This document shows positions 1 through 10,628 of a stretch of DNA of 32,000 nucleotides, piece after piece. The notes under the pieces are model-generated. The model ran no database searches, was not told the DNA's origin, and saw nothing but the letters and a program-made list of their open reading frames with translations. The translations under genes and the position numbers were made by a program. Position 1 is the first letter of the stretch, and each line of letters begins with the position of its first letter. This DNA comes from Blochmannia endosymbiont of Camponotus modoc (GTDB taxonomy: Bacteria > Pseudomonadota > Gammaproteobacteria > Enterobacterales > Enterobacteriaceae): the NCBI RefSeq assembly GCF_023585785.1, contig NZ_CP097765.1:390001-422000 (forward strand), in the 5' to 3' direction.

Positions 1-447
1 GAAGGACATGTAGCTGCAGAAGTTATTTCTGGTAAAAAACGTTGTTTTGATCCAATAATAATTCCATCCATTATATATACTGACCCAGAAATAGCGTGGG
101 TTGGATATACTGAAAAAGATGCTCAAGAGAAAAATATAGATTATGAAGTTGCACTTTTCCCGTGGATGGCTTCAGGTCGAGCAATTACTGAAGATTGCAA
201 AGAAGGCATAACCAAATTAATTTTTAATAAAAAAACGAACAGAATTATTGGGGGATCAATATTAGGCACGAATGCTAGTGAAATATTAGGAGAAATCGCA
301 TTAGCCATTGAAATGGGATGCGATGTAGAAGATATTACTCTCACCATTCATGCTCATCCAACCTTATATGAATCAATAGGATTAGCAGCATCTATTCATA
401 ATGGCTCAATTACTGATTTGCCTAATATAAAAAAACAAATACAATAA
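1..447 (+). CDS. lpdA: Dihydrolipoyl dehydrogenase, C-terminal part (gene starts before the window)
   Basis: Frame 1 is open from base 1 (EGHVAAEVISGKKRCFDPIIIPSIIYTDPEIAWVGYTEKD...). It contains the dimerisation-domain signature LTIHAHPTLYESIGLAA and ends in TAA at 445-447. The track ORF at 166 is only an internal Met. Confidence 0.96.
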   Translation, partial: EGHVAAEVISGKKRCFDPIIIPSIIYTDPEIAWVGYTEKDAQEKNIDYEVALFPWMASGRAITEDCKEGITKLIFNKKTNRIIGGSILGTNASEILGEIALAIEMGCDVEDITLTIHAHPTLYESIGLAASIHNGSITDLPNIKKQIQ

Positions 448-946
448 ATTTCACATGATTTTTTAAGATTTTAAATAAATAAATTAGCTTACAAATATAC
501 TTTATGGTTGTATAGTCTATTACAATTTATAAGGTATATAATGAAGTTAATTTCTATTAAAAACCATACAATGAATAAATAAATATATTACTTATAACTA
601 TATATTTATACGCTCAGAATACGAGTATTTATCTACAAAATATATACACGATCATAAAATTTTTTTTACTATTATTAATACATAACACAGTTAAAAAACA
701 AAAAGTATTCATAATTTAAAAAATATCGTCGAGTGTTGACATATAAAATTAAAAAATATTTTTATGATTTAATTAAACATAATGAAAATATACATGGGGT
801 TTCAATTAATAAAACTCTATTTTTTGATAAACAGTAAACATACTAACAGAAAAAGTAACGTATACGACTTTAGATTTTTACGGATGAAATATACATATCT
901 AATCAATGTATTTTAAATGTATTCATTTGAGATGTAGAATACATGA

Positions 947-962
947 TCTTATAATTATAAGA
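947..962. repeat. 16-bp perfect palindrome tcttataattataaga
   Basis: The left half tcttataa is the reverse complement of ttataaga. It lies one base before the 964-1001 hairpin. Confidence 0.8.
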
Positions 963-963
963 C

Positions 964-1001
964 ACAATATTTTCTCTTTAATGTTAAAGAGAAAATATTG
1001 T
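964..1001. repeat. Perfect inverted repeat, 16-bp arms with 6-nt loop
   Basis: acaatattttctcttt (964-979), loop aatgtt (980-985), aaagagaaaatattgt (986-1001). The arms are exact reverse complements. There is no T-tract on either side, so it is not a typical intrinsic terminator. Confidence 0.9.
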
Positions 1002-1480
1002 AGGTGCTGCATGAACTAATCTATAATTCTTATCTCCATATCCCTTATAGTATACAAGTTTCTTTTATTACAACTCAAAAAAAGACATTGCTGACATTTT
1101 TTGCTCTTACTTAATAAGATCTTATCAACGGAAAAACTTATATAAAATCACTAAATTTATATAAATTAAATAGTGATACTTTGATTACTACGTATCATAT
1201 GATCATGCTATATTCATGGTATAATTAAAATAGATTTTTATAAATGTTTAAAATTAAACTTTTCTCTATTAGCAATAGATATAGAAAAATTATCAAATTT
1301 GAAAATATAATAAACATTTAAACTACCGAATATAATCAGAATAACTTTCAAGTTCGATAGCAATATTATGTAATTAATGCAATTAAATAAATTTTAATTT
1401 TTAATTAATAATATCAAAAAATCTATGAGGATAAACGTTCTTTTTGACTCATTACTAATGCCCGATATATTTCAACGCAA

Positions 1481-1505
1481 CTGTTGATAGACTATATATC
1501 AACAG
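1481..1505. repeat. Inverted repeat, 9-bp arms with 7-nt loop
   Basis: ctgttgata (1481-1489), gactata, tatcaacag (1497-1505). Confidence 0.7.
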
Positions 1506-2159
1506 CTATTCGTATTCATCAAAAAATAATAAAAAACATCACATTTATTAGAATAATAAATATTAATTAATTTTAAAAATCATAAATTATCTATATGCCA
1601 AATGATATCGAATAAGTGTATATTTTTATTATCAATAAATTTATGTATCGTAATATTCACAATATGTATGTACGTAAATATACGATAACTAAACATCAAA
1701 TATTTTTTGTAATCGTAAAATTTTTATTAAATATATTCTAATTCAACAATAAAATATTTTAATACGTTTTCTAAATACAACACTTATGTATAAGCACGAA
1801 GTGTACTCGTTATATACGATATAACAAATTAGGTATACTATACAGTATATCAAAAAAAATATTATATGTATTAATTATAAAATTTTTATTAATTATTCTA
1901 AGTAATAGTGACAAAATTTTTCTAAAGCTACATAAATTTCTACAAATTACAGTAAAAACAATAATAAAAAATGTGTTATTTGATAAAATTTTTAACAATT
2001 ATATCAATATATCTACCACATTAAACGAACAACACACATATATCAATACTATTGATATCATTAGATCTTTAATTAAATATATATTATCTAATTTATTTTA
2101 AAAAAAACAATACATACAGCAGTCTACGTATAGTTAATATATATTTTCAATTTTTTATA

Positions 2160-2651
2160 TTATTCCTTCCAAAAATCTAAACCATTTTTAGGTACAGTTT
2201 TAACGATATCTGTTATAATTCTCCCATCAGGAAAAATTAAATTATTATCTAACGCCATCAATGGATAAAGTACGAACTCTCGGTTCAACATACCATGATG
2301 CGGTATTATCAATTCAGGACTACATATAAAATATTTTCCAAATAATAAAATATCCAAATCTAACGTACGTGGCTGCCATATAAGAGAATCACGTGATCGT
2401 CGTCGCCCTTGTTTTCGTTCGATATATTGCATATGACTTAATAATTCTTTTGGAGATAAATTAGTATCTAGAATTATTATTGCATTTAGAAAATCGGGCT
2501 GATTTTTATCTCCTAATGGTAGACTACGATAATAGGAAGAAAAATCTATAAGTCTAGTCATTGGAAGCTTAGAAAGAGACCATATAGCGCGATCCACTTG
2601 TTGCTTTGGATTTAACATATTACTACCAATGCTCACCCAAACTCGTTCCAT
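2160..2651 (-). CDS. folK: 2-amino-4-hydroxy-6-hydroxymethyldihydropteridine pyrophosphokinase (HPPK)
   Basis: VWVSIGSNMLNPKQQVDRAI, YRSLPLGDKNQPDFLNA and the HPPK signature RxxRWxPRTLDLDILLFG-like (SLIWQPRTLDLDILLFG). Start chosen at MERVWV; the track ORF extends to 2672. Confidence 0.95.
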   Translation of the reverse strand: MERVWVSIGSNMLNPKQQVDRAIWSLSKLPMTRLIDFSSYYRSLPLGDKNQPDFLNAIIILDTNLSPKELLSHMQYIERKQGRRRSRDSLIWQPRTLDLDILLFGKYFICSPELIIPHHGMLNREFVLYPLMALDNNLIFPDGRIITDIVKTVPKNGLDFWKE

Positions 2652-2911
2652 TTTATTACATATCTCAGTCAATCAATTATCAAATTACCGATCCTTTCAT
2701 TTTCATGAAAAAAATCTTAGATAATATCAAAAATTTAAAATATCACATAAATATTTAGATAAATAATGTCTATTCTGTAAAACAGATCAGAAGAAATAGA
2801 AACTAAATCAATAGCCATAATAAAATTACATCTACAGTATTCAAAAACTAATTTTCTAAAATTATATCATATAATGCATATATGAATTTTTTTTATTAAC
2901 AATCTATCCAT

Positions 2912-3376
2912 CTATCCGGTCATTTGTTTTTCTTTAATTTCTTCTAAAGTTTTACAATCAATACATAAATCAGCTGTTGGACGAGCCTCTAATCTTCTAA
3001 TGCCGATTTCTACATCACATGAAGCACAAAATCCAAATTCATTTGTATCTATTTTTTTTAAGGTTCTTTCAATTTTTTCAATAAGTTTATATTCTCTATC
3101 CCGATTACGTAATTTAATATTGAATTCTTCTTCTTGCACCGCTCTATCTACTGGATCTGGAAAATTGATAGATGCCTGGTCTTGCGCACATAACGCAGAA
3201 TATCCTAAATCTTTTTTGAGTTGATTTTTCCATGTTTTAAGGATACGTTTAAAATGTAAAAGTTGATTAGAACTCATATATTCTTCATTAGGTTTTCGTT
3301 GATACGGTGTAACTCCAGCAATTATTAATACATTCAAAGAAGAATGTCTACGACTGCTCGGTGATTTTGTTGACAT
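2912..3376 (-). CDS. dksA: RNA polymerase-binding transcription factor DksA
   Basis: [32 protein letters not shown] and a four-Cys zinc finger [36 protein letters not shown]. Confidence 0.97.
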   Translation of the reverse strand: MSTKSPSSRRHSSLNVLIIAGVTPYQRKPNEEYMSSNQLLHFKRILKTWKNQLKKDLGYSALCAQDQASINFPDPVDRAVQEEEFNIKLRNRDREYKLIEKIERTLKKIDTNEFGFCASCDVEIGIRRLEARPTADLCIDCKTLEEIKEKQMTG

Positions 3377-3480
3377 ATATTTGCTCCTGTTTATATATAT
3401 TCAAAGCAATTCATATCAATATTTTCTTTAAAATTTCATTATTTTTATATAATTCCTCCAATATCGTCAAACACACGATG

Positions 3481-3503
3481 AATTTCAATTATATATTGAA
3501 ATT
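3481..3503. repeat. Inverted repeat, 9-bp arms with 5-nt loop
   Basis: aatttcaat / tatat / attgaaatt. Confidence 0.7.
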
Positions 3504-3509
3504 ATAATG

Positions 3510-3537
3510 ATTATATTATATTTAAATATAATATAAT
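3510..3537. repeat. 28-bp perfect palindrome
   Basis: attatattatattt | aaatataatataat; the halves are exact reverse complements. It is made only of A/T, so chance is more plausible than for its neighbour. Confidence 0.75.
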
Positions 3538-3539
3538 AG

Positions 3540-3587
3540 ACATATATATCATAATGTTTATGATCATAAACATTATGATATATATGT
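3540..3587. repeat. 48-bp perfect palindrome (no spacer)
   Basis: acatatatatcataatgtttatga | tcataaacattatgatatatatgt; all 24 positions of each half pair, centred on TGATCA. Confidence 0.95.
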
Positions 3588-3596
3588 AAGCTTACA
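3585..3596. repeat. 12-bp palindrome tgtaagcttaca
   Basis: It overlaps the right edge of the 48-bp palindrome; tgtaag is the reverse complement of cttaca. Confidence 0.6.
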
Positions 3597-3679
3597 AATA
3601 AACTCGGATCGATTATATAATTATTTATGTGTAATAATTATTATATATATATTATGTACAGATTTATAAACAACTTTTA

Positions 3680-3704
3680 CGTTATTAAAATTATTTTAAT
3701 AACG
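3680..3704. repeat. Inverted repeat, 11-bp arms with 3-nt loop
   Basis: cgttattaaaa (3680-3690), tta, ttttaataacg (3694-3704). Confidence 0.8.
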
Positions 3705-3966
3705 AATTATCATTAATTATAGAAAATTTTTTAATTACGTAATAAGATCGTTAATAAATTTTATTGAGGCTTGAAATATTGAAAAAATGAACAGTATTAT
3801 TCGGATATTTATAAAAAAATACTATTTTTTTTACTATAAAAATAAAGTGTCGTTATACAAGTTTGTCAGATATCGTTCTAAATATTTTTTAATATTAATT
3901 TAATTTTATAATTTTTAGAAAAACATTTCATAAAAACATTTTTTATTTAATAACACACATCAAATT

Positions 3967-4599
3967 ATGTCTTATATTGTTGCGCTTACCGGTGGTATTT
4001 GTTCTGGAAAAAGTGTTGTTGCTAAAAAATTTTCTAATTTATCAAAAAAAGTATCTGTCATAGATGCTGATGTGATTTCTAAAAACATCACACAACCTGG
4101 CAGTATTGCTTTACGTATGATAACTAAACATTTTGGACCCCATATTTTATTTTCTAATGGATCATTAAATAGATCCATGTTAAAAAAAATTATTTTTTTC
4201 AATCCTAAAGACAAGGAATGGCTTGAACAATTGTTGCATCCGCTTATTAGACAAGAAACTCAGAAAACAATAAATATATTATCCAGTCGATCATCTTATA
4301 TTTTATGGGTTGTTCCATTGTTAATAGAAAATAATTTACAAAAATATGCAGATCACATACTAATGATAGATGTACCCATTGATATTCAGTTAAATCGAAT
4401 TATCAGTAGAGATAAAATACACAAACAATATGCTGAAAATATTTTATTATCGCAAGTATCCCGTCAGCATAGGTTAAACTATGCTGATAACGTTATTGAA
4501 AATAACAAAAGTATTGATGGAATGACACAATGTATTCTTGATCTCCATCAAGATTATCTGAAGGCAGAAAAAATAATTACTAAAAAACACTATTTTTAG
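3967..4599 (+). CDS. coaE: Dephospho-CoA kinase
   Basis: N-terminal P-loop MSYIVALTGGICSGKSVVAKKF, IDADVIS, LLHPLIR and VPLLIEN motifs. The position and orientation next to secA match enterobacterial synteny. Confidence 0.95.
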   Translation: MSYIVALTGGICSGKSVVAKKFSNLSKKVSVIDADVISKNITQPGSIALRMITKHFGPHILFSNGSLNRSMLKKIIFFNPKDKEWLEQLLHPLIRQETQKTINILSSRSSYILWVVPLLIENNLQKYADHILMIDVPIDIQLNRIISRDKIHKQYAENILLSQVSRQHRLNYADNVIENNKSIDGMTQCILDLHQDYLKAEKIITKKHYF

Positions 4600-4860
4600 T
4601 AAATAAAACAACACTCGAAATTATACTGTATTTATATTGTAGCAAACAACATACGAAATTGTTTCGTCATAAATAACACAACAATATTCACATAAATTAT
4701 GGTTATAAACATCATAATCATGCGTATATATACGTTTATATTTTACAAGCATTTATTACTTATAGATTTGAGTTAAATGTGATGATTAAAAAAATAATAT
4801 CAACTTATATTTACTATATAACTGACTAAAATAATGTTAAATCAAAACACTTTGTATGTA

Positions 4861-7590
4861 TTAATGACGTTTATTTACAATTTTACCATGACATTCTTTA
4901 AATTTCTTATTAGATCCACAAGGACAAGCATCGTTGCGACTCACTATTTTATTCTTAGTTAATGTATGTTGACTTAAACGATCTATCGATAACAATTTAG
5001 TATTCATTACTTGCGTGTTTATGGATTGAAAATCATTATATTTATTAGTTGAATTTAAAATAGATTCTTTTTTATTGAATAATTCTATTACTAATTTACT
5101 CACTTCGCTTATTACTTCATATTTTAAATGATCTAACATTTTAGTAAACATAGAAAATGATTCTCTTTTGTATTCCTGCTTCGGATCTTTTTGTGCATAT
5201 CCTCTCAAATGAATTCCTTGACGTAAGTAATCCATTGACGCTAAATGCTCTTTCCACAGTACATCAAACGTTCTCAACATAATTTCTTTTTCAAAAGAAC
5301 ACATAATATCTATTCCAATTATTTTTCTAGTATGTTCATATTTCTGTGTCATATTTTCTAATATACGTTGACGTAATATTTCTTTTTCCTCATATAATCT
5401 AGGCTCTACTTCTATCCATTTTAGAAGAGGTAACTCTAAACAAAAATCTTTCTTCAAACATTCTGCTAATTTTATTACATCCCTTTTATCCTCTATAATT
5501 TCCAGAGGAATATAAATATTAAATAATTTTTCAACAACATCACAACGAATATTTTTAATAATGTCACTGATATCTGATATATTTAATAATTTATCACGTT
5601 GTTCATAAATAACGCGACGCTGATCATTAGCTACATCATCATATTCTAATAATTGTTTTCTAATATCAAAATTACGATTTTCTACTTTTTTTTGAGCATG
5701 AGCAATAGCTTTAGTAATCCATGGATGTTCAATGGATTCTCCTGATTTCATTCCTAATTTTTTCATCATGTTCACTAATCTGTTGGAAGCAAAAATACGT
5801 ATTAATGAATCTTCCATTGATAAATAAAATCTAGACGAACCTATATCTCCTTGTCGTCCAGATCGTCCACGCAATTGATTATCGATACGGCGAGATTCAT
5901 GCCGTTCAGTACCAATGACATGTAACCCTCCAGATTTTAATACTGCATGATGACGTTTTTCCCAATCAGATTTAATGTTTAAAATTTTACATGTATTTGA
6001 TTTATGCAACGCAGTAATTTCTGCTCGCCAATTTCCTCCTAATATAATGTCAGTGCCACGCCCAGCCATATTCGTAGCAATAGTCACCGCACCAGGATAT
6101 CCTGCTTGTGCTATAATATCTGCTTCTGCAGCATGAAATTTCGCATTTAAAACTTTATGCATAATTCCGATCTGACTTAAAGCATGAGAAATAATCTCAG
6201 ATTTGTCAATTGATATAGTTCCTACTAACACTGGCTGGTTTCTCTTAACACAATCTTTGATATCATTAATAATAGCTTCAATTTTTTCATGTTCCGTCAT
6301 ATAAATTATATCTGGAAAATCATTACGAATCATAGGACGATTAGTCGGTATAACGATAGTATCTAATTTATAGATAGATTGAAATTCAAATGCTTCAGTA
6401 TTAGCGGTACCGGTCATACCAGATAATTTTTCATATAAACGAAAATAATTTTGAAATGTAATTGAAGCTAATGTTTGATTTTCATTTTGAATAGTTACAT
6501 GTTCTTTAGCTTCTATTGCTTGGTGCAATCCATCTGACCATCGACGACCAGGCATAACTCGACCTGTGTGTTCATCAATAATAAGTATTTCTCCATTTTT
6601 AACAAGATAATCCACTTCACAAGCAAATAAAATATGAGCACGAAATGCTGCATTAACATGATGCATCAATATAATATTATCTGATGAATACAATGATTCT
6701 CCTTGGTTCATGATTCCAGATTTAATTAATAATTGCTCTATTAATACTAATCCATTCTCAGTAAGTATAACTTGTCTGGATTTTTCATCAACTGCGAAAT
6801 ATTCTTCTTTTTGTAAATTATCTATGTTGCTTTTATTTTTTTGAATTATTCTAAAGACTAATTCGTTGATTTTTAAATATAATAAAGAAGTATCATCTGA
6901 TGGCCCAGAAATAACTAATGGGGTACGAGCTTCATCAATCAAAATAGAATCTACTTCATCTATTAACGCATAATGTAATCCTCGTTGTACCCGTTCTTCT
7001 GGGACGAAAACCATATTATCACGTAAATAATCGAAACCGTATTCATTGTTTGTGCCATAGGTGATATCTGCTGTATACGCTGCACGTTTCATAGATGCTG
7101 ATAGTCCCGGTAAATTAATTCCAACAGTCAATCCTAAAAATTCAAATAACGGTTTATTATTTACTGCATCTCTATGTGCTAAATAATTATTAACTGTAAC
7201 GATATGTACTCCTTGACCACTTAATGCGTTCAAATAAGCAGGTAAAGTAGCAGTTAAAGTTTTTCCTTCTCCAGTTTTCATTTCCGCAATACATCTACTG
7301 TTAAGAACTATTCCTCCCAACAATTGGACATCAAAAAGACGGATGTTAAATATTCTCTTAATAGCTTCTCGTACTACAGCAAATGCTTGTGGTAATAAAT
7401 TCTCGAGGTTTACACCTGATTCAATAGATGCACGAAACTCATTCGTTTTAGAAGCAAGTTGACTATCGTTTAACTTTTGTATATCTTTTTCTATATAATT
7501 TATCATATCCACCACTTTCTTCATGCGAAGTAACACGCGATCATTTCTATTTTTAAAAATTTTAGTAAATAATTTAAATGGTGTTAACAT
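4861..7590 (-). CDS. secA: Preprotein translocase ATPase subunit SecA
   Basis: Full-length 909 aa with Walker [73 protein letters not shown] and the C-terminal SEC-C zinc motif [14 protein letters not shown]. Confidence 0.99.
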   Translation of the reverse strand: MLTPFKLFTKIFKNRNDRVLLRMKKVVDMINYIEKDIQKLNDSQLASKTNEFRASIESGVNLENLLPQAFAVVREAIKRIFNIRLFDVQLLGGIVLNSRCIAEMKTGEGKTLTATLPAYLNALSGQGVHIVTVNNYLAHRDAVNNKPLFEFLGLTVGINLPGLSASMKRAAYTADITYGTNNEYGFDYLRDNMVFVPEERVQRGLHYALIDEVDSILIDEARTPLVISGPSDDTSLLYLKINELVFRIIQKNKSNIDNLQKEEYFAVDEKSRQVILTENGLVLIEQLLIKSGIMNQGESLYSSDNIILMHHVNAAFRAHILFACEVDYLVKNGEILIIDEHTGRVMPGRRWSDGLHQAIEAKEHVTIQNENQTLASITFQNYFRLYEKLSGMTGTANTEAFEFQSIYKLDTIVIPTNRPMIRNDFPDIIYMTEHEKIEAIINDIKDCVKRNQPVLVGTISIDKSEIISHALSQIGIMHKVLNAKFHAAEADIIAQAGYPGAVTIATNMAGRGTDIILGGNWRAEITALHKSNTCKILNIKSDWEKRHHAVLKSGGLHVIGTERHESRRIDNQLRGRSGRQGDIGSSRFYLSMEDSLIRIFASNRLVNMMKKLGMKSGESIEHPWITKAIAHAQKKVENRNFDIRKQLLEYDDVANDQRRVIYEQRDKLLNISDISDIIKNIRCDVVEKLFNIYIPLEIIEDKRDVIKLAECLKKDFCLELPLLKWIEVEPRLYEEKEILRQRILENMTQKYEHTRKIIGIDIMCSFEKEIMLRTFDVLWKEHLASMDYLRQGIHLRGYAQKDPKQEYKRESFSMFTKMLDHLKYEVISEVSKLVIELFNKKESILNSTNKYNDFQSINTQVMNTKLLSIDRLSQHTLTKNKIVSRNDACPCGSNKKFKECHGKIVNKRH

Positions 7591-8058
7591 GACAATTTAT
7601 ATCTCATTACAATGACAGCACGTTATTTGAATAAAATGCAACAATTACATATTTTCCGTTCATAATACATGCGACTACAAAGAAAATTTTAATAAAAATT
7701 GTAAAACAATACTAATTTACAACTTATCAAAATAGATGTTAATAAATTGTGATAAAATGCATGATAAATATAAATTTTTTATTTATGTAAAATCCATGTG
7801 CATATCTTTCCTTAAACATATTACAAACATGATACTATCATTAATTGTTGATTAGAATAGCTCCAATATTCTAAGACTAAAATATATTATACAAATTTAA
7901 AAAACTTTAAAACAATTACTAATTAATTATTACAATTCATACAGATATATAAAGATATATAATGGGTATCAAAAAATATCTTAATCTGACGATATCAAAA
8001 ATTTTTATAAATACAAATAAAGGAAATTACAATATCAAAGATATTAGTTTTCTGATTT

Positions 8059-8096
8059 TTATAATAAGTGTTATATACATGTAACACTTATTATAA
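8059..8096. repeat. Perfect inverted repeat, 15-bp arms with 8-nt loop
   Basis: ttataataagtgtta (8059-8073), tatacatg, taacacttattataa (8082-8096). No T-tract on either strand. Confidence 0.85.
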
Positions 8097-8388
8097 TCAT
8101 AACAATATATGATGTATTAAATATTAATGAACTCAATAACATTGAAAATACATTATAATCTAAATTCTTTACTACAGTATTCATTGCATATATATTTAAG
8201 TAGTCTTCAATATTTCAATCTAAAAAACTATAGATAAAATATGCGAATAAACATACAGTTGCATATATTTATTTAAAAAAGAATCTCGATCAAAATACAT
8301 AATATCTATAAATAAATCTAGGTAAATTTGTATACTAAAATGTAGAATGATTATTATTATATTCTATATTCAAAGATACGATTAGATC

Positions 8389-9282
8389 TTAAAATACTAA
8401 GGGTAAGTCAGATGCGTTAGAAAAAGTAGCAAGTTCCCATGCTTCTTGGCATGACAAAACAGTTTTTAATAATTTATTATTTAGAGTGTGTCCCGATTTA
8501 AAAGCAATAAAAGAACCAATAAGATTATGTCCACACATAAATAAATCTCCAATAGCATCAAGCATTTTATGACGGACAAATTCATCATCAAAACGTAAAC
8601 CATCTTCATTAAGTACACGATAATCATCAATTATTATAGCAGAATTAAAACTTCCTCCTAAAGCAAATCCACGAGATTGTAAATCTTTAATATCACGCAT
8701 AAAACCAAAAGTGCGCGCTCGACTAATATTATGAACAAAAGATGCTGAAGAAAAATTAAAAAAACAATGTTGTGTATCCACATTGATAGCTGGATGATTG
8801 AAATCAATAGTAAAATCAAGAGTAAAACCGTTAAACGGCCTTAATTCAGCCCATTTTTCTCCATCTTCAACACGTACTGTTTGTTTTAATCGAAGAAATT
8901 TTTTTGCACTATTAAGTTCTTCTATACCAGCATCTAATAATAAACATACAAAAGGACTAGCGCTACCATCCATTATTGGAACTTCAGGAGCATTGAGTTC
9001 TATAATAATGTTGTCAATGCCTAATCCTGCTTGAGCAGCACTTAAATGTTCAACAGTAAAAATCTGAACACCATATTCATTAATCAAACATGTACATAAT
9101 ACGGTGTTTCCTACTGATTTAACATTAACTTGAAGATCTACAGGAGGATGTAAGTCAGTACGACGATAAATAATTCCAGTATTTGCTGAAGTAGGACGTA
9201 AAGTTAACGTAACTTTTTTACCGGTGTGTAAACCTACACCAGTAGTTTGCACAACGCGTTTCAATGTTCGTTGCTTTATCAT
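8389..9282 (-). CDS. lpxC: UDP-3-O-acyl-N-acetylglucosamine deacetylase (lipid A synthesis)
   Basis: [54 protein letters not shown]. It sits downstream of ftsZ as in enterobacteria. Confidence 0.98.
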   Translation of the reverse strand: MIKQRTLKRVVQTTGVGLHTGKKVTLTLRPTSANTGIIYRRTDLHPPVDLQVNVKSVGNTVLCTCLINEYGVQIFTVEHLSAAQAGLGIDNIIIELNAPEVPIMDGSASPFVCLLLDAGIEELNSAKKFLRLKQTVRVEDGEKWAELRPFNGFTLDFTIDFNHPAINVDTQHCFFNFSSASFVHNISRARTFGFMRDIKDLQSRGFALGGSFNSAIIIDDYRVLNEDGLRFDDEFVRHKMLDAIGDLFMCGHNLIGSFIAFKSGHTLNNKLLKTVLSCQEAWELATFSNASDLPLVF

Positions 9283-9385
9283 TATATCATCTCATGCAAT
9301 TATTATATTATTTACTTTATTAGCAAATTATTATATGTATATTGCATTTTTTATACAAATTACTCATTTACACTATTATTTTTAA

Positions 9386-10552
9386 TTAGTCTGCTTGTTT
9401 TCTTAGAAAAGCAGGAATATCTAAATAATCTACATCTTTATCAAGAGTTGTGCTTTGATGATCTACCGTATTAGATGATGTATGTCTTGATTCTTTAAAA
9501 AATGTAGATGTTCTTTGGGGAGCATGATTATGATAATGATTATCTCGTACTACCTTTTTTTCTTCTTTAGCATTAGATAACATAACATCTGAACGTTTAT
9601 CAATACCAATTCCTGTTGCTACTACAGTAACACGTAGTTCATTATTGATATCTGGATCTAAAGCAGTCCCGATTACTACTGTAGCATTATCAGAAGCAAA
9701 AGAACGTATAGTATTGCCTACAGTTTCAAATTCATCTAACCGTAAATCTAAACCAGAAGTGATATTCACCAAAACCCCTCGAGCTCCAGATAAATCAATG
9801 TCTTCTAATAAAGGGCTCGCGATAGCTAGCTCTGATGCTTCCTCTGCTCTATCATCACCACATCCTACTCCAGCTCCCATCATAGCATATCCCATTTCTG
9901 ACATTACTGTGCGTACGTCCGCAAAATCTACATTCATTAAACCCGGTCGAGTAATTAATTCCGCAATACCTTGAACGGCGCCTTTTAACACGTCATTAGC
10001 AGCGCTAAAAGCATCTAATAATGATACGCCACGCCCTAAAACTTTTAATAACTTATCATTTGGAATAGTTATTAATGAATCTACATATTTAGATAATTCA
10101 GAAATTCCTTGTTCAGCAAATGTCATACGTTTTTTTCCTTCAAAATTAAAAGGTTTAGTAACTACAGCTACAGTCAAAATACCTAAATCTTTGGCCACCT
10201 CTGCTATTATCGGGGCAGCACCCGTTCCAGTGCCTCCACCCATACCTGCAGCAATAAATACCATATCTGCGCCTTCTATAGTAGCCCTTAATACATCACG
10301 ATCTTCTTCTGCAGAATTACGCCCAATTTCTGGATTAGCACCCGCTCCTAATCCTTTAGTAATAGAACTACCAATTTGAATAGTTTGGCCTACTGTCATT
10401 TTTCTTAAAGCTTGGGCATCAGTATTAACAGCAAAAAAATCTACACCTTCGATACGCTCACGTAACATATGTTCAACTGCATTACTACCGCCTCCGCCAA
10501 TACCAACAACTTTAATTACTGCATCACTCGTTAATTCCATTGGTTCAAACAT
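9386..10552 (-). CDS. ftsZ: Cell division GTPase FtsZ
   Basis: Tubulin signature [29 protein letters not shown] and the conserved C-terminal peptide [14 protein letters not shown]. Start placed at MFEPMEL; the track ORF extends to 10564. Confidence 0.99.
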   Translation of the reverse strand: MFEPMELTSDAVIKVVGIGGGGSNAVEHMLRERIEGVDFFAVNTDAQALRKMTVGQTIQIGSSITKGLGAGANPEIGRNSAEEDRDVLRATIEGADMVFIAAGMGGGTGTGAAPIIAEVAKDLGILTVAVVTKPFNFEGKKRMTFAEQGISELSKYVDSLITIPNDKLLKVLGRGVSLLDAFSAANDVLKGAVQGIAELITRPGLMNVDFADVRTVMSEMGYAMMGAGVGCGDDRAEEASELAIASPLLEDIDLSGARGVLVNITSGLDLRLDEFETVGNTIRSFASDNATVVIGTALDPDINNELRVTVVATGIGIDKRSDVMLSNAKEEKKVVRDNHYHNHAPQRTSTFFKESRHTSSNTVDHQSTTLDKDVDYLDIPAFLRKQAD

Positions 10553-10628
10553 AGTTTTCTCCATATTACTTAAGTTATTTTAAAAAAATTAATTTTAACG
10601 GATTCAGCATATTTGATACTCATAACAA

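Larger units (their letters stand above)
448..2159. other. Long non-coding / eroded spacer between lpdA and folK
   Basis: No ORF in either direction resembles a known family. It is very AT-rich, and the only listed ORF (1810..1998 -) is low-complexity. In E. coli this interval carries many genes between lpd and folK. Confidence 0.7.

Noticed and set aside
141-347. ORF on the minus strand, 68 aa
   Set aside because: It is antisense to the clear lpdA reading frame and has no recognisable family.
737-742. TTGACA hexamer in the lpdA-folK spacer as a promoter for an unknown transcript
   Set aside because: No convincing -10 at 16-18 nt spacing and no downstream gene on the plus strand. A single hexamer in this base composition is weak evidence.
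1147-1177. atcacta...tagtgat flanking an aatttatataaatt palindrome
   Set aside because: The arms are short and the content almost entirely A/T, within what chance could give here.
1810-1998. ORF on the minus strand, 62 aa (MLKILSNNTFFIIVFTVICRN...)
   Set aside because: It is low-complexity Ile/Leu/Phe/Asn-rich translation of AT-rich DNA with no family resemblance.
3000-3224. ORF on the plus strand, 74 aa
   Set aside because: It is fully antisense to dksA, whose zinc finger and DksA motifs are unambiguous.
3972-4214. ORF on the minus strand, 80 aa
   Set aside because: It is antisense to coaE.
4653-4667. acgaaa-ttg-tttcgt hairpin between the convergent genes coaE and secA, considered as a terminator
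   Set aside because: The stem is only 6 bp and no T-tract follows in either direction.
8798-9034. ORF on the plus strand, 78 aa
   Set aside because: It is antisense to lpxC.
9645-10379. Two plus-strand ORFs (109 aa at 9645-9974 and 62 aa at 10191-10379)
   Set aside because: They are antisense shadows of the highly conserved, less AT-rich ftsZ coding sequence.
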